Assembly (NCBI GenBank): GCA_038216845.1
Contig: JBBQPW010000001.1
Span: 1 to 41,013, forward strand
Source: Gaiellales bacterium
Lineage (GTDB): Bacteria > Actinomycetota > Thermoleophilia > Gaiellales > Gaiellaceae
Direction of reading: 5' to 3'
Length of the DNA: 41,013 nucleotides
Shown here: in pieces, positions 9,814-22,390 of the stretch
Position numbering within the stretch: position 1 is the stretch's first letter
Layout of the letters: each line of letters starts with the position of its first letter
The notes under the pieces: model-generated
The model's database searches: none
The model's input: the letters and a program-made list of their open reading frames with translations, nothing else
What the model was told of the DNA's origin: nothing
Made by a program: the position numbers and the translations under genes

Positions 9814-9848
9814 GGCCGCTTCGGCACCGCAGGTACAGTCACTGTGTC

Positions 9849-11180
9849 GTGAGCACGCCCCTGCTGAGGGCATTTCTCCTGTCTCTTGTCGCGCTCGCCG
9901 CCGGGCTGGTCTTGACGGGCTCGGCTGGAGCAGCCCCGATCGCATCCCGCGTGCTGGTCGCGGAGTTCCACTCCGACGTCAACCCGGTCACACGCGACTT
10001 CCTCGTCGGCGCGATTCATCGGGGTGAGCGCGACGGCGACGCCGCAGTCGTGATCGAGATGGACACCCCGGGCGGGCTTGGGTCGTCGATGCGCTCGATC
10101 GTCAAAGCGATCCTGGCGGCGAAGATCCCCGTGATCGTCTATGTGTCGCCCTCGGGATCGAGTGCCGACTCCGCAGGCGCTGTGATCGGCGAGGCGGCCG
10201 ATGTGCTCGCCCTGGCGCCGCAGACGAACATCGGCTCGTCAACGCCGATTACAACCAATGGGCAGGATTTCTCCAAGGACCTGCGACGCAAGATCGTGAA
10301 CGATGCGGCCGCGTATGTCGGCGAGCTCGCGCGAGAACACGGTCGGAACGCCGCACTCGCCGAGCAGTTCGTGCGCAAGGCATCGAACTACGGCGCAACT
10401 GACGCGCTCCGCCTGCACCTGATCGACGCGGTCGCGCCGACGCTGCCCCAGCTCCTGAAGCAGATCGACGGCAGGAAGACGAAGCCGAAGGGGCTCGTCC
10501 TCCACACGGCCGGGGCGGGGATCGACCGTATCGGGATGTCGTTCTTCCAGCGGGCTCGGAACCTGCTGATCGACCCTAATCTGATCGAGCTGATGCTGTC
10601 GATCGGGCTGATCGGTATCGTCGTAGAGCTCTGGCATCCCGGGCTGATCTTCCCGGGAACGGTTGGCGCGATCTCGCTCGTTCTCGGTCTCTACGGGCTA
10701 CAGGTGCTTCCCGTGTCCGTCGCCGGGGTCGCGTTGCTGCTGCTGGCATTTGCCTTCTTCGCTGCCGAGCCGTTCGTGATGAGCCACGGAGCGCTGGCCG
10801 TCGGCGGTGGCGTGCTCTTCGTCCTCGGCTCGTTGATCCTGTTCGACCCGGCGGGTCCGCTGTTCAAGGTGTCGCTAACGGTCGTGCTTGCCATCGCCGG
10901 CACGTTGACAGTCCTGCTCGGGTTCGCACTGTCGCGGGTCGTTCGTGCCCGCCGGCTGCCGGTCGACATCGGCTCGCTGACGTTCGCGGGAGAGCCTGCC
11001 GTCGCGCGCCAGGGAGGTTACGTGCTCGTCCGTGGCGAGCTCTGGCGCGCCCGCACCGCCGATGGCACATCGCTCGTGCCCGGCACGCCCGTCACCGTCG
11101 AGAAGGTCGAGGACGATCTCGGTCTCGTCGTTCGATCCCAGCCTCGGTCCCAGCAAACCTACGGAAGGAACCAGCCGTGA
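9849..11180 (+). CDS. nfeD: Long-form NfeD (ClpP-class membrane serine protease, stomatin operon partner)
   Basis: MDTPGG, SADSAG, RRKIVND, TM bundle, C-terminal OB-like V..GELWRA. Coupled to the SPFH gene. Confidence 0.9.
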   Translation: MSTPLLRAFLLSLVALAAGLVLTGSAGAAPIASRVLVAEFHSDVNPVTRDFLVGAIHRGERDGDAAVVIEMDTPGGLGSSMRSIVKAILAAKIPVIVYVSPSGSSADSAGAVIGEAADVLALAPQTNIGSSTPITTNGQDFSKDLRRKIVNDAAAYVGELAREHGRNAALAEQFVRKASNYGATDALRLHLIDAVAPTLPQLLKQIDGRKTKPKGLVLHTAGAGIDRIGMSFFQRARNLLIDPNLIELMLSIGLIGIVVELWHPGLIFPGTVGAISLVLGLYGLQVLPVSVAGVALLLLAFAFFAAEPFVMSHGALAVGGGVLFVLGSLILFDPAGPLFKVSLTVVLAIAGTLTVLLGFALSRVVRARRLPVDIGSLTFAGEPAVARQGGYVLVRGELWRARTADGTSLVPGTPVTVEKVEDDLGLVVRSQPRSQQTYGRNQP

Positions 11181-11953
11181 GCGCCGCCCTGATCGCAATT
11201 GCCGCCGTCGTCGTGATCGTCCTCCTGTTTCTCTACGCGTCGATCAAGGTCGCGCGTGAATACGAGCGCGGAGTCATCTTCCGGCTCGGCCGTCTACTGC
11301 CCGAGCCGAAAGGACCCGGGTTGTTCATCCTGATCCCCGTGGTCGACCGGATGGTGAAGGTCGATTTGCGCACGATCACGCTGAACGTGCCACCACAAGA
11401 GGTGATCACGAAGGACAACGTTCCGGCGCGCGTCAACGCGGTCGCCTACTTCCGCATCGTCGATCCGAAGAGCGCGATCGTGCAGGTCGAGAACTTCATG
11501 GCCGCGACGCTGCAGATCGCGCAGACAACCCTCCGGTCGGTGCTCGGTCAGCACATGCTCGACGAGCTGCTCTCGGAGCGCGACAAGATCAACACCATCC
11601 TGCAGACGATCATCGACGAGGCCACCTCGCCGTGGGGGATCAAGGTCTCGATCGTCGAGGTGAAGGACGTCGAGATCCCGGCGGACATGCAGCGCGCCAT
11701 GGCACGGCAGGCGGAAGCCGAGCGCGAGCGTCGCGCGAAAGTGATCGCGGCCGAGGGCGAATACCAGGCATCCGAGCGGCTCAAGGACGCAGCGGCGGTC
11801 ATGGCGCAGGAGCCCATCACCGTTCAGCTCCGCTACCTTCAGACGCTGCTCGAGATCGGCTCGTCAAACAACTCCACCATCGTCTTCCCGATCCCGGTCG
11901 ACCTGCTGTCGCCCTTCATCGAGAGGGCGGCGAAGAGCTCAGAGCAGCCGTAG
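11177..11953 (+). CDS. Stomatin/slipin SPFH (Band 7) protein
   Basis: [55 protein letters not shown]. Confidence 0.96.
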   Translation: MSAALIAIAAVVVIVLLFLYASIKVAREYERGVIFRLGRLLPEPKGPGLFILIPVVDRMVKVDLRTITLNVPPQEVITKDNVPARVNAVAYFRIVDPKSAIVQVENFMAATLQIAQTTLRSVLGQHMLDELLSERDKINTILQTIIDEATSPWGIKVSIVEVKDVEIPADMQRAMARQAEAERERRAKVIAAEGEYQASERLKDAAAVMAQEPITVQLRYLQTLLEIGSSNNSTIVFPIPVDLLSPFIERAAKSSEQP

Positions 11954-11957
11954 GTTG

Positions 11958-14564
11958 TTACGCGTCAGCCGGTTCGCCGTCGTCCGGATCTTCCTCGACC
12001 TCGCCGTCCGACTCGTCCAGGCCCGGCTCCTCAGAGACGACCTCCGGCACGACCCCGTTCGCCGCACCACCGTCAACGTGCGTACCGTCAAGGGCGTCCT
12101 CCGGTTCGTCGTCCGACCCGACGACCGGCGCAAGACCCGACACCTGCTCGCCTTCGCGGAGCCGCATCACGATCACGCCCTGCGTGGCGCGACCCGACCG
12201 TTTGATGTCCTCGGCGGACATCTTGATCATCGTGCCGCCGTCCGAGATAAGCATCACCTGGTAGCCCTCGCGGACGATCCGAGCACCGATCAGCTTGCCC
12301 TTGCCAGCGACGAGCTGCGCTGTCTTCACGCCGAGCCCACCCCGGCCTTTGACCGGGTACTCGGAGACGCGCGTACGCTTACCCCAGCCGTTCTCGGTCA
12401 CGACGAGGAGCTCCGAGTCATCCGCCGCGATATCGACTTCGATCACCTCATCGCCAGCTCGCAGCCTCATCCCCTGCACACCGCTCGCGGGGCGACCCAT
12501 CGCGCGCACATCCGTCTCGTGGAACCGAATCGCCTGCCCACCACGCGACACCATGAGCACGTCGTCGGCTCCGTCCGACAGCCGCACGCCGACGAGCTCA
12601 TCGCCCTCGCGCAGCTTGATGGCGATGATCCCGTCCGCCTTCAGCGGCGTGTTGTACTCGAGGAACTCGGTCTTCTTCACGACACCGCGCTTCGTCGCGA
12701 AGAGCAGGTACTTCGACTCCTTGAAGTCGCGGGTGGCGATCACGGCCCTGACCAGCTCGTCCTGGCGGAACGGCAACAGATTGACGATCGCGCGGCCCTT
12801 CGACTGGCGCGAGCCGAGCGGCAGCTCGTGCGCCTTCAGCCGGTAGACCTTGCCGACGCTCGTGAAGAACAGGATGTAGTCGTGCGTCGAGGCGACAAAG
12901 AGGTGCTCGATGTAGTCCTCGTCCTTCAAATCCATGCCCATGACACCGATCCCACCGCGGCGCTGCTCGCGATACGCGGTCACCGGTAGCCGCTTGATGT
13001 AACCGGAGCGGGTGATCGCGATCACCATGTCTTCTTCCGCGATCATGTCCTCGAGCTCGAGCTCACCTTCGCTTGCGACGATCTCGGTGCGACGCTCGTC
13101 GCTGCGGCCATAGATCCCTTTCAGCTCGAGCAGCTCCTCGCGGATCACGCCGTCGATCTTCGCCTCGTCGCCGAGGATCTCGCGCAGCTCGGCGATCCGC
13201 TCCTGCAAGTCGCGGAACTCGTCCTCGATCTCCTTGCGAGCAAGACCGGTGAGCCGCGCAAGGCGCATGTCGAGGATCGCCTGCGCCTGGATTTCCGAGA
13301 GGCCGAAGCTCTCCATGAGGCCGGTACGGGCTGCCTCGGTGCTATCGGAGCTGCGGATCACCGCGATCACCGCGTCGATCGAGTCGAGCGCGATCAGGTA
13401 GCCCTCGAGGACGTGCGCGCGACGGACGGCGTTCCGCAGCTCGTACTTCAGCCGGCGGGTGACGACCTCGCGCTGGTGGTCGAGGTAGTGCCGGAGCAGC
13501 TCGAGCAGCGAGAGCGTGCGCGGCACGCCGTCGACGAGAGCGACAGCGTTGTAGCCGAACGTCGACTGCAGCGGGGTGTGCTTATAGAGCTTGTTGAGCG
13601 CGACCTGTGGGATCGCCTCGCGCTTCAGCTCGATCTGGATCCGCATCCCCGACTTGTCGGAGAGATCCTTGATGCCGGAGATCTCACTCAGAACGTTGTC
13701 CTTGACGAGCTCGGCGATCTTGCGGATGACGCCCTCGTCGCCGCCTTTGCGCACGCCATAGGGGAGCTCCGAGACGATGACCGCCGTCCGGCCACCGCGC
13801 AGCTCCTCGATGTGCGTGCGGGCCCGCATCAGGATACGCCCGCGTCCCGACCGGTACGCCTCACGGATCCCCTCGCGGCCGAGGATGATGCCGTGGGTCG
13901 GGAAGTCCGGGCCCTTCACGTGCCGCGAGAGCCGGTCGACGTCGATCGCCGGGTCGTCGATCATTGCGACGATCGCGTCGACGACCTCGGTGAGGTTGTG
14001 CGGCGGCATGTTCGTCGCCATGCCGACGGCGATACCGGACGAGCCGTTGACGAGAAGGTTCGGGAAACGCGCCGGCAGGACGCCGGGCTCGCGCCGCGAC
14101 TCGTCGTAATTCGGGACGAAGTCGACGGTATCGGCGTCGATGTCACGCAGCAACTCGGTCGCGATCGACGATAGGCGGCACTCGGTGTAGCGCATCGCAG
14201 CCGCCGAGTAGCCGTCGATGTTGCCGAAGTTCCCTTGCGGGTCGACGAGCGGGTAGCGCAACGAGAACGTCTGCGCCATGCGCACGAGCGTGTCGTAGAT
14301 CGACTGATCGCCGTGCGGGTGGAAGCTCTTCATGACCTCGCCTACGACGGCGGCGGACTTCACGCGCGGGCGGTTGGGCTGCAGGCCGGTCTCGTGCATC
14401 GCATAGAGCACACGTCGGTGCACGGGCTTCAGGCCGTCGCGCACGTCCGGCAGGGCGCGCGAGACGATGACGCTCATCGCGTAGTCGAGGAAGCTCGAAC
14501 GCATCTCCTCCTCGAGCTCGCGCGATTCCACGCGGCCGATCCCGAGCGGATCGATGCTAGACAC
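11958..14564 (-). CDS. gyrA: DNA gyrase subunit A
   Basis: RALPDVRDGLKPVHRR, HPHGD, AAMRYTE, GyrA-box QRRGGIG, pinwheel repeats, acidic tail. Confidence 0.98.
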   Translation of the reverse strand: MSSIDPLGIGRVESRELEEEMRSSFLDYAMSVIVSRALPDVRDGLKPVHRRVLYAMHETGLQPNRPRVKSAAVVGEVMKSFHPHGDQSIYDTLVRMAQTFSLRYPLVDPQGNFGNIDGYSAAAMRYTECRLSSIATELLRDIDADTVDFVPNYDESRREPGVLPARFPNLLVNGSSGIAVGMATNMPPHNLTEVVDAIVAMIDDPAIDVDRLSRHVKGPDFPTHGIILGREGIREAYRSGRGRILMRARTHIEELRGGRTAVIVSELPYGVRKGGDEGVIRKIAELVKDNVLSEISGIKDLSDKSGMRIQIELKREAIPQVALNKLYKHTPLQSTFGYNAVALVDGVPRTLSLLELLRHYLDHQREVVTRRLKYELRNAVRRAHVLEGYLIALDSIDAVIAVIRSSDSTEAARTGLMESFGLSEIQAQAILDMRLARLTGLARKEIEDEFRDLQERIAELREILGDEAKIDGVIREELLELKGIYGRSDERRTEIVASEGELELEDMIAEEDMVIAITRSGYIKRLPVTAYREQRRGGIGVMGMDLKDEDYIEHLFVASTHDYILFFTSVGKVYRLKAHELPLGSRQSKGRAIVNLLPFRQDELVRAVIATRDFKESKYLLFATKRGVVKKTEFLEYNTPLKADGIIAIKLREGDELVGVRLSDGADDVLMVSRGGQAIRFHETDVRAMGRPASGVQGMRLRAGDEVIEVDIAADDSELLVVTENGWGKRTRVSEYPVKGRGGLGVKTAQLVAGKGKLIGARIVREGYQVMLISDGGTMIKMSAEDIKRSGRATQGVIVMRLREGEQVSGLAPVVGSDDEPEDALDGTHVDGGAANGVVPEVVSEEPGLDESDGEVEEDPDDGEPADA

Positions 14565-14596
14565 GGATCGTCGCCTGCCGCCTGCTCATCGGCCGA

Positions 14597-17497
<2,901 letters not shown>

Positions 17498-17498
<1 letters not shown>

Positions 17499-18562
17499 TA
17501 CACGACCTCGCGGACTCGGCCCGGGGTAACTTCGAGCAACTGCATCGGGGTAAGAGGGAGCGTTTCCGCGCCGGTGGCCGTGACGACTGTCTGGCCGAAT
17601 TCCGAGAGTTGGCCCGCGAGTTGCACGCGGCGGGAGCCGTCGAGCTCCGAGAGAACATCGTCCAACAGGATGAGCGGCAGTACGCCACGGCGATCCCGCA
17701 ACACCTCCGCCTCGGCCAGCAGTAGCGCGAGGACCGTAATCCGCTGTTCTCCCTGCGAGCCGAACATCCGGAGGTCGCGGGCGGAAGCGACGATCGGCAT
17801 GTCGTCGAGATGCGGCCCGAGCCCCGTCGTGCCTCGCTCGAGATCGCGGTCGAACCTTGCATCCAACTGAGCTCTTGACGGTGCGTCGCTGTCGTACGAG
17901 ATCCCTGCGCCGACGAGGCCGAGCTCGGCAGCGTGCGTCGCGAAGCGACCGTTCAGCAGCGCAATGGCTTCGCGGCGAGCCGCGACGAGTGCCTCCCCGC
18001 GCTCGACGACTTGCGTCGTCCAGGGATCAGCGGAATCCCGAGCCGATAGTCCGGCGGCAATCCGCCGCAGCGCGGCATTGCGTTGACCGACCGCCGTCAG
18101 GTACTCGAGTGGGATAGCCGCGCGGCTTGGCAGGACGCGCCCCAGAGACCGATCGAGGTATGCCCGCCGGACCGCCGGTGCTCCCTTGACAAGCCCCAAC
18201 CGGTCGGGCGTGAAGACGAGGGTCGTGAGCTCCCGACGGAGCTGCTCCACTGCACTGAGACGGGCGCCGTTCAGATCAGCGTGCTTGGCCTCGCGACGAC
18301 CGAGTGTCACATCGACCGTGGTCCTCGTCGGCCCGCGCCTCCCGGCAAGAGAGATCCTCGAGCGGTCAGCTCCCGTCCGGACGAGTTGCGCGTCCATGCG
18401 CGTCCGCGGCGAGAAGCCCTGTGTTCCGACATGCAGGGACTCGAGGAGGTTTGTCTTTCCAGCCCCGTTTGCACCGATCGCAAGCACGAGGCCGGGCGCA
18501 AGACTCAACTCCAGCGACTCGTACGAGCGGAAGTCGCGGAGCGTGACCTGCTCGATGATCAG
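17498..18562 (-). CDS. recF: DNA replication/repair protein RecF (probable CTG start)
   Basis: (L)IIEQVTLRDFRSY, Walker A GANGAGKT, GPHLDD, GSQGEQR, LLDDVLSELD. Confidence 0.93.
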
Positions 18563-18575
18563 CTGGGGTCGACGA

Positions 18576-19712
18576 TCAGCCGGCGAGCCGGATCGGCATG
18601 ATCAGGTACCAGAACGCGTCGCCGTCGGCCGTGATCAGGCCGGGGCGAAGCGGGTTGATGAGCTTGAACGAGATCTCGTCCGTTGTGACCGATTCGAGAC
18701 CCTCGCGCAGGAAGTCTGCGTTGAAGCCAATCTCCAGTGGGTCGCCGGCATATGCAATCGGCAATGTCTCGCTGGTCTCGCCAATGTCCTGGGCTTGGGC
18801 GGAGATCGTCAACTCGCCTTCCGCGAAGCGAAGGCGCAACGGGGAGTTTCGTTGAGCAAGCACTGCTGCGCGCCGGACAACTTCGAGGAGTTCTGCGCGT
18901 GGCAGAGCGAGCTCCGCCTCGAATGTGTCGGGTCGCAGCTTCTTGACGTCGGGGAATTGCCCGTCGATTCGTCGCGTCGTCAGCCAGACGTCTCCGGCGT
19001 GGAACACGACGTGGTTCTCTTCCACCGCGACCTCGATTGCGCTGGAACCCGCAGCAATGCGGCTGAGCTCAGCAAGCGCGCGGGCCGGAATGATCGCTTC
19101 CAACTCCGGTCCTGGCTGGCTGAGGGTCGTCTCCTTCACCGACATACGGTACGAGTCTGTGGCGGCCATCACGAGGGATGTGCCTTCGAAACGGACGAGG
19201 ATCCCGGTAAGAACCGGCCGGGACTCGTCACGAGAGGCGGCTCTCGAAACGCGATCGATCGTGTCGAGAAACGCCGGGGTGTCGAGAGCGGTGAACATTC
19301 CGGTTGTCGTTGGAAGCTTGGGGAAGTCCTCGGCGGCGTAGACATTCAGCCGCGACGAGTACGAGCCGGATGTGACTTTTAGGCTGCCATCGTGCTCTTC
19401 TAGGACGACTTCTCCAGTAGGCAGCAAACGGACGATATCGGCGAGAAGTTTTGCCGGTACGACGACCGCGCCGCTGCCTGTGACGCTTCCTGAGACGGTT
19501 GTGCGGAGGGAGAGCTCCATGTCGGTGGCAGCCAGTTCGAGGTTTCCGTTGCTCGATCCGAGGTGGATTCCGGAGAGCACCTGCACTGTGCTACGGCTCG
19601 AGACGGCGCGGCTGGTGATCGCGATGCGCGATGCGAGTTCATCTTTGTCGCAGACGACGCGCAGGTCGCTCGCGGTGACCGTTGTTTCTTCTGTGTCTGT
19701 TGTTTCCATCAT
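18576..19712 (-). CDS. dnaN: DNA polymerase III beta clamp
   Basis: LAATDMELS, ESRPVLTG, ATDSYR, RIDGQFPD, IGFNADFL, YLIMPIR. Confidence 0.97.
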   Translation of the reverse strand: MMETTDTEETTVTASDLRVVCDKDELASRIAITSRAVSSRSTVQVLSGIHLGSSNGNLELAATDMELSLRTTVSGSVTGSGAVVVPAKLLADIVRLLPTGEVVLEEHDGSLKVTSGSYSSRLNVYAAEDFPKLPTTTGMFTALDTPAFLDTIDRVSRAASRDESRPVLTGILVRFEGTSLVMAATDSYRMSVKETTLSQPGPELEAIIPARALAELSRIAAGSSAIEVAVEENHVVFHAGDVWLTTRRIDGQFPDVKKLRPDTFEAELALPRAELLEVVRRAAVLAQRNSPLRLRFAEGELTISAQAQDIGETSETLPIAYAGDPLEIGFNADFLREGLESVTTDEISFKLINPLRPGLITADGDAFWYLIMPIRLAG

Positions 19713-19871
19713 CTTGTAAGAAGATCCTTTGTAGTGCTTATAGGCAGTGTGGACGATGGGGAAGACGTTGCTCTCCCCCGGTCAGCAAACGATTTACGCG
19801 GTGGGTCCAGCCGTGGACAAACGAACAAGGTCCCACAAGACCATGAGCGGACGAGACATGGCTTCCACCGT
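19713..19871. other. oriC: oriC, dnaA-dnaN part: trio-like unwinding element plus DnaA boxes
   Basis: TAG-TGC-TTA-TAG (19732-19743), spacer GCAG, TGTGGACGA (19748-19756), TGGGGAAGA (19757-19765), CGTGGACAA (19812-19820). AT-rich flank. Confidence 0.8.
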
Positions 19872-21263
19872 TCACTTGACTTGTTTCAGTCGTGCGGTGA
19901 GTTCTTGCACAAGGTTGTACACAGTGCGGTCCTCGTTGATCAGGCGGGTTATCTTGGTTGTGGCGTGAATCACTGTTGTGTGGTCGCGACCGCCGAACTC
20001 CTTGCCGATCTTCGGTAGAGACGAGTCGGTGAGCTCTCGTGAGAGGTACATCGCGACCTGTCGTGGATAGGCGACAGCCTGCGAGCGGCGGGGACTGACG
20101 AGCTCTGCGACGCTCAAACTGAAGCGCTCCGACACGGTCTCTTGAATTCGCCCGATAGTCACCGCCGGGATGTCCCCACCGTCGGGGAAGAGGTCGCGGA
20201 GAACCTGCTCGGCAAGCTCCACAGTCAAAGGAAGCCCGGTGAGTGAGGAGAAAGCGACGACACGGGTCATCGCACCCTCGAGCTCACGGATGTTCGTCGT
20301 GACTCTGCCTGCGATAAAACTGAGGATCTCGGGGTCGCCGATCGCGATTGCGTCAGTTGTCACCTTCTTCCGCAGGATCGCGATGCGGGTCTCCAGGTCG
20401 GGAGCTTGGATGTCGGTCAGCAAACCCCACTCGAACCGAGACCGCAAGCGGGCTTCGAGCGTCGCGATCTCCTTCGGTGGCCGGTCTGAGGAGATCACGA
20501 TCTGTCGCCCAGCCTCGTACAAGGAGTTGAATGTGTGGAAGAACTCCTCCTGGATTCGCTCCTTGCCTTCGAAGAACTGGATGTCGTCGACGAGAAGTAC
20601 GTCATAGGTGCGGTAGCGCTGTTTGAAGCCCTCGATGCGCTTGTCGCGGAGTGAGTTGATGAAGTCGTTCATGAACGTCTCACTCGTCACATATCGCGTT
20701 GTGAAGCCACGCGAGTGCTGGCTGACGTACGCCCCAATGGCCTGCAGGAGATGGGTCTTCCCAAGCCCCGTCCCGCCATAGATGAAGAGCGGGTTGTACG
20801 CCTGCGCGGGTGCCTCGGCAACGGCCAACGCAGCCGCGTGTGCAAAGCGATTCGACGAGCCGATGACGAAGAGGTCAAAGGTGTACTTCGGGTTCGTGCC
20901 GGCGATGTCGCCGTGTGCCCGCTCTCGGGGCTCTGTCGCCAGAGTCGGGGTTACCCCAGTCGGGTCGAGGCTATCTCCACGCTCCTCGCGAACGGCCTGC
21001 TCATCGCGAACGCTGAACGCGATTCGAAACTCGCGCCCGGTGACCTCGGTGACCGTCGATCGCAGGAAACCGAGGAAATGCTCCTCGATCCACTCGCGGG
21101 TGAAATCGTTCGGGACGACGATCGCGAAGACACCGTCGCCAAGCTCCCCGGCCTCGGCCTGCCCGAACCACGTGTGGTACGTCGTCTCGTTGAGGGTCTC
21201 TCTGAGCTTGCCGGACACCTCATCCCAGAGGCGCTCGGCGGTCAACTCTGTTGCGGGCTGCAA
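19872..21263 (-). CDS. dnaA: Chromosomal replication initiator DnaA
   Basis: [49 protein letters not shown] start with GAGGAG SD. Confidence 0.99.
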   Translation of the reverse strand: MQPATELTAERLWDEVSGKLRETLNETTYHTWFGQAEAGELGDGVFAIVVPNDFTREWIEEHFLGFLRSTVTEVTGREFRIAFSVRDEQAVREERGDSLDPTGVTPTLATEPRERAHGDIAGTNPKYTFDLFVIGSSNRFAHAAALAVAEAPAQAYNPLFIYGGTGLGKTHLLQAIGAYVSQHSRGFTTRYVTSETFMNDFINSLRDKRIEGFKQRYRTYDVLLVDDIQFFEGKERIQEEFFHTFNSLYEAGRQIVISSDRPPKEIATLEARLRSRFEWGLLTDIQAPDLETRIAILRKKVTTDAIAIGDPEILSFIAGRVTTNIRELEGAMTRVVAFSSLTGLPLTVELAEQVLRDLFPDGGDIPAVTIGRIQETVSERFSLSVAELVSPRRSQAVAYPRQVAMYLSRELTDSSLPKIGKEFGGRDHTTVIHATTKITRLINEDRTVYNLVQELTARLKQVK

Positions 21264-21325
21264 CCGGCTCAGGGCTCCTCTGGCGAATCGTCGATGGCCG
21301 TGGCGCGGGCCACGGGGAAGGGGCG

Positions 21326-21354
21326 AGCATAGCAGCGTCCAGACATGCTCTCAA
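21326..21354 (-). promoter_or_regulatory. Putative sigma-A-type promoter of dnaA
   Basis: TTGAGA (21354-21349), 17 bp spacer, TATGCT (21331-21326) with extended TG. Confidence 0.65.
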
Positions 21355-21379
21355 TGGCCTCGCCAAACGTGTCCAATTC

Positions 21380-21531
21380 CAAAAAAACAGCTGTTTTACA
21401 GGGATAAAAGTTCTCTCCACACAACTCTCCACACCTGTGGAAATGGTCCCTGGCGACGCTCATGCGGGCAACAACCGCACCGAGTGTGCAGCCCTTTCTC
21501 GCGATAGCCCAGTGGTCTCGCCTGTGGAAAA
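21380..21531. promoter_or_regulatory. DnaA-box cluster upstream of dnaA (autoregulation or second part of a bipartite oriC)
   Basis: CTCTCCACA at 21413 and 21425, TGTGGAAAT at 21436, TGTGGAAAA at 21523 (TTTTCCACA on the minus strand). AT-rich 21380-21411. Confidence 0.78.
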
Positions 21532-21553
21532 GACGGAAGGCGAACCCGATCGT

Positions 21554-21559
21554 TATACT
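21554..21559 (+). promoter_or_regulatory. Putative -10 element (TATACT) of the rpmH operon
   Basis: TATACT 73 nt upstream of the rpmH GTG. Confidence 0.5.
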
Positions 21560-21632
21560 GCCGGCTCGTGCGGGTGCCCCAAGCCATCCCCCGGGGCGCG
21601 CTCGCTTGCGACGAACCGCTGACCGACGAACT

Positions 21633-21767
21633 GTGAAACGCACCTATCAGCCAAACGTCCGCCGCCGCAAGCGCAAGCACGGCTTTCGTGCGCGCATGTC
21701 GACCCGCGCAGGGCAGGCGATCATCAAGCGTCGCCGCGCAAAGGGCCGCAAACGGCTGTCGGCCTGA
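21633..21767 (+). CDS. rpmH: 50S ribosomal protein L34
   Basis: [39 protein letters not shown]. Confidence 0.99.
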   Translation: MKRTYQPNVRRRKRKHGFRARMSTRAGQAIIKRRRAKGRKRLSA

Positions 21768-21788
21768 CGGGCTCGCAACAGCGCTTCT

Positions 21789-22139
21789 GTGCAACGCCGG
21801 TACCGCCTTTCCCGCAGCCGCGACTTCGACGCCGTGTATCGCCGGGGTCGCTCTGTATCGACCCGCTATCTGACGCTTCACTGGTTCCCACGCGAGGACG
21901 ATCCGGCGAGTGAGCCCCGCCTGGGACTCGCGGTTCCGAAGACGGTCGGCAACGCCGTCACCCGCAATCGGCTGAAACGGCAGCTTCGCGAGACCTGGAG
22001 CGAGCTCGGGTCAGCCGTCGAGCCGGGGCGAGACTATGTCCTCGTGGTTCGAAAGGGCCTGGCCGAGCCCGCCGAGACGCGCGACCACGCATGGCTCACC
22101 GAACAGGTCGGCGACGTCCTCGGCAAGGCGGCAGCGTGA
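21789..22139 (+). CDS. rnpA: RNase P protein component
   Basis: RLSRSRDFDAVY, RLGLAVPKTVGNAVTRNRLKRQLRE. Confidence 0.96.
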   Translation: MQRRYRLSRSRDFDAVYRRGRSVSTRYLTLHWFPREDDPASEPRLGLAVPKTVGNAVTRNRLKRQLRETWSELGSAVEPGRDYVLVVRKGLAEPAETRDHAWLTEQVGDVLGKAAA

Positions 22140-22390
22140 AGGCCATCGGCGTCGGTCTCGTCTATGCGTGGCGGTACAGCTTCGGCCTGCGGACGCCCGC
22201 CGGCGCCTGCAAGTACCACCCGTCGTGCTCGCAGTACGCGATCGACGCGTTCCGAGCGCACGGTCTCTTCAAGGGAGCGAGGCTCGCCGGCTGGCGGCTT
22301 CTGCGCTGCAATCCGTGGAGCCACGGTGGCGTCGACTACGTCGCCCAGCCCCTCCGGGCGGGTCATGAGGAGACTCGACGCGCAGCATGA
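22136..22390 (+). CDS. yidD: Membrane protein insertion efficiency factor YidD
   Basis: CKYHPSCSQYA..RLLRCNPWSHGGVD. GTG overlaps the rnpA stop. Confidence 0.95.
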   Translation: MKAIGVGLVYAWRYSFGLRTPAGACKYHPSCSQYAIDAFRAHGLFKGARLAGWRLLRCNPWSHGGVDYVAQPLRAGHEETRRAA

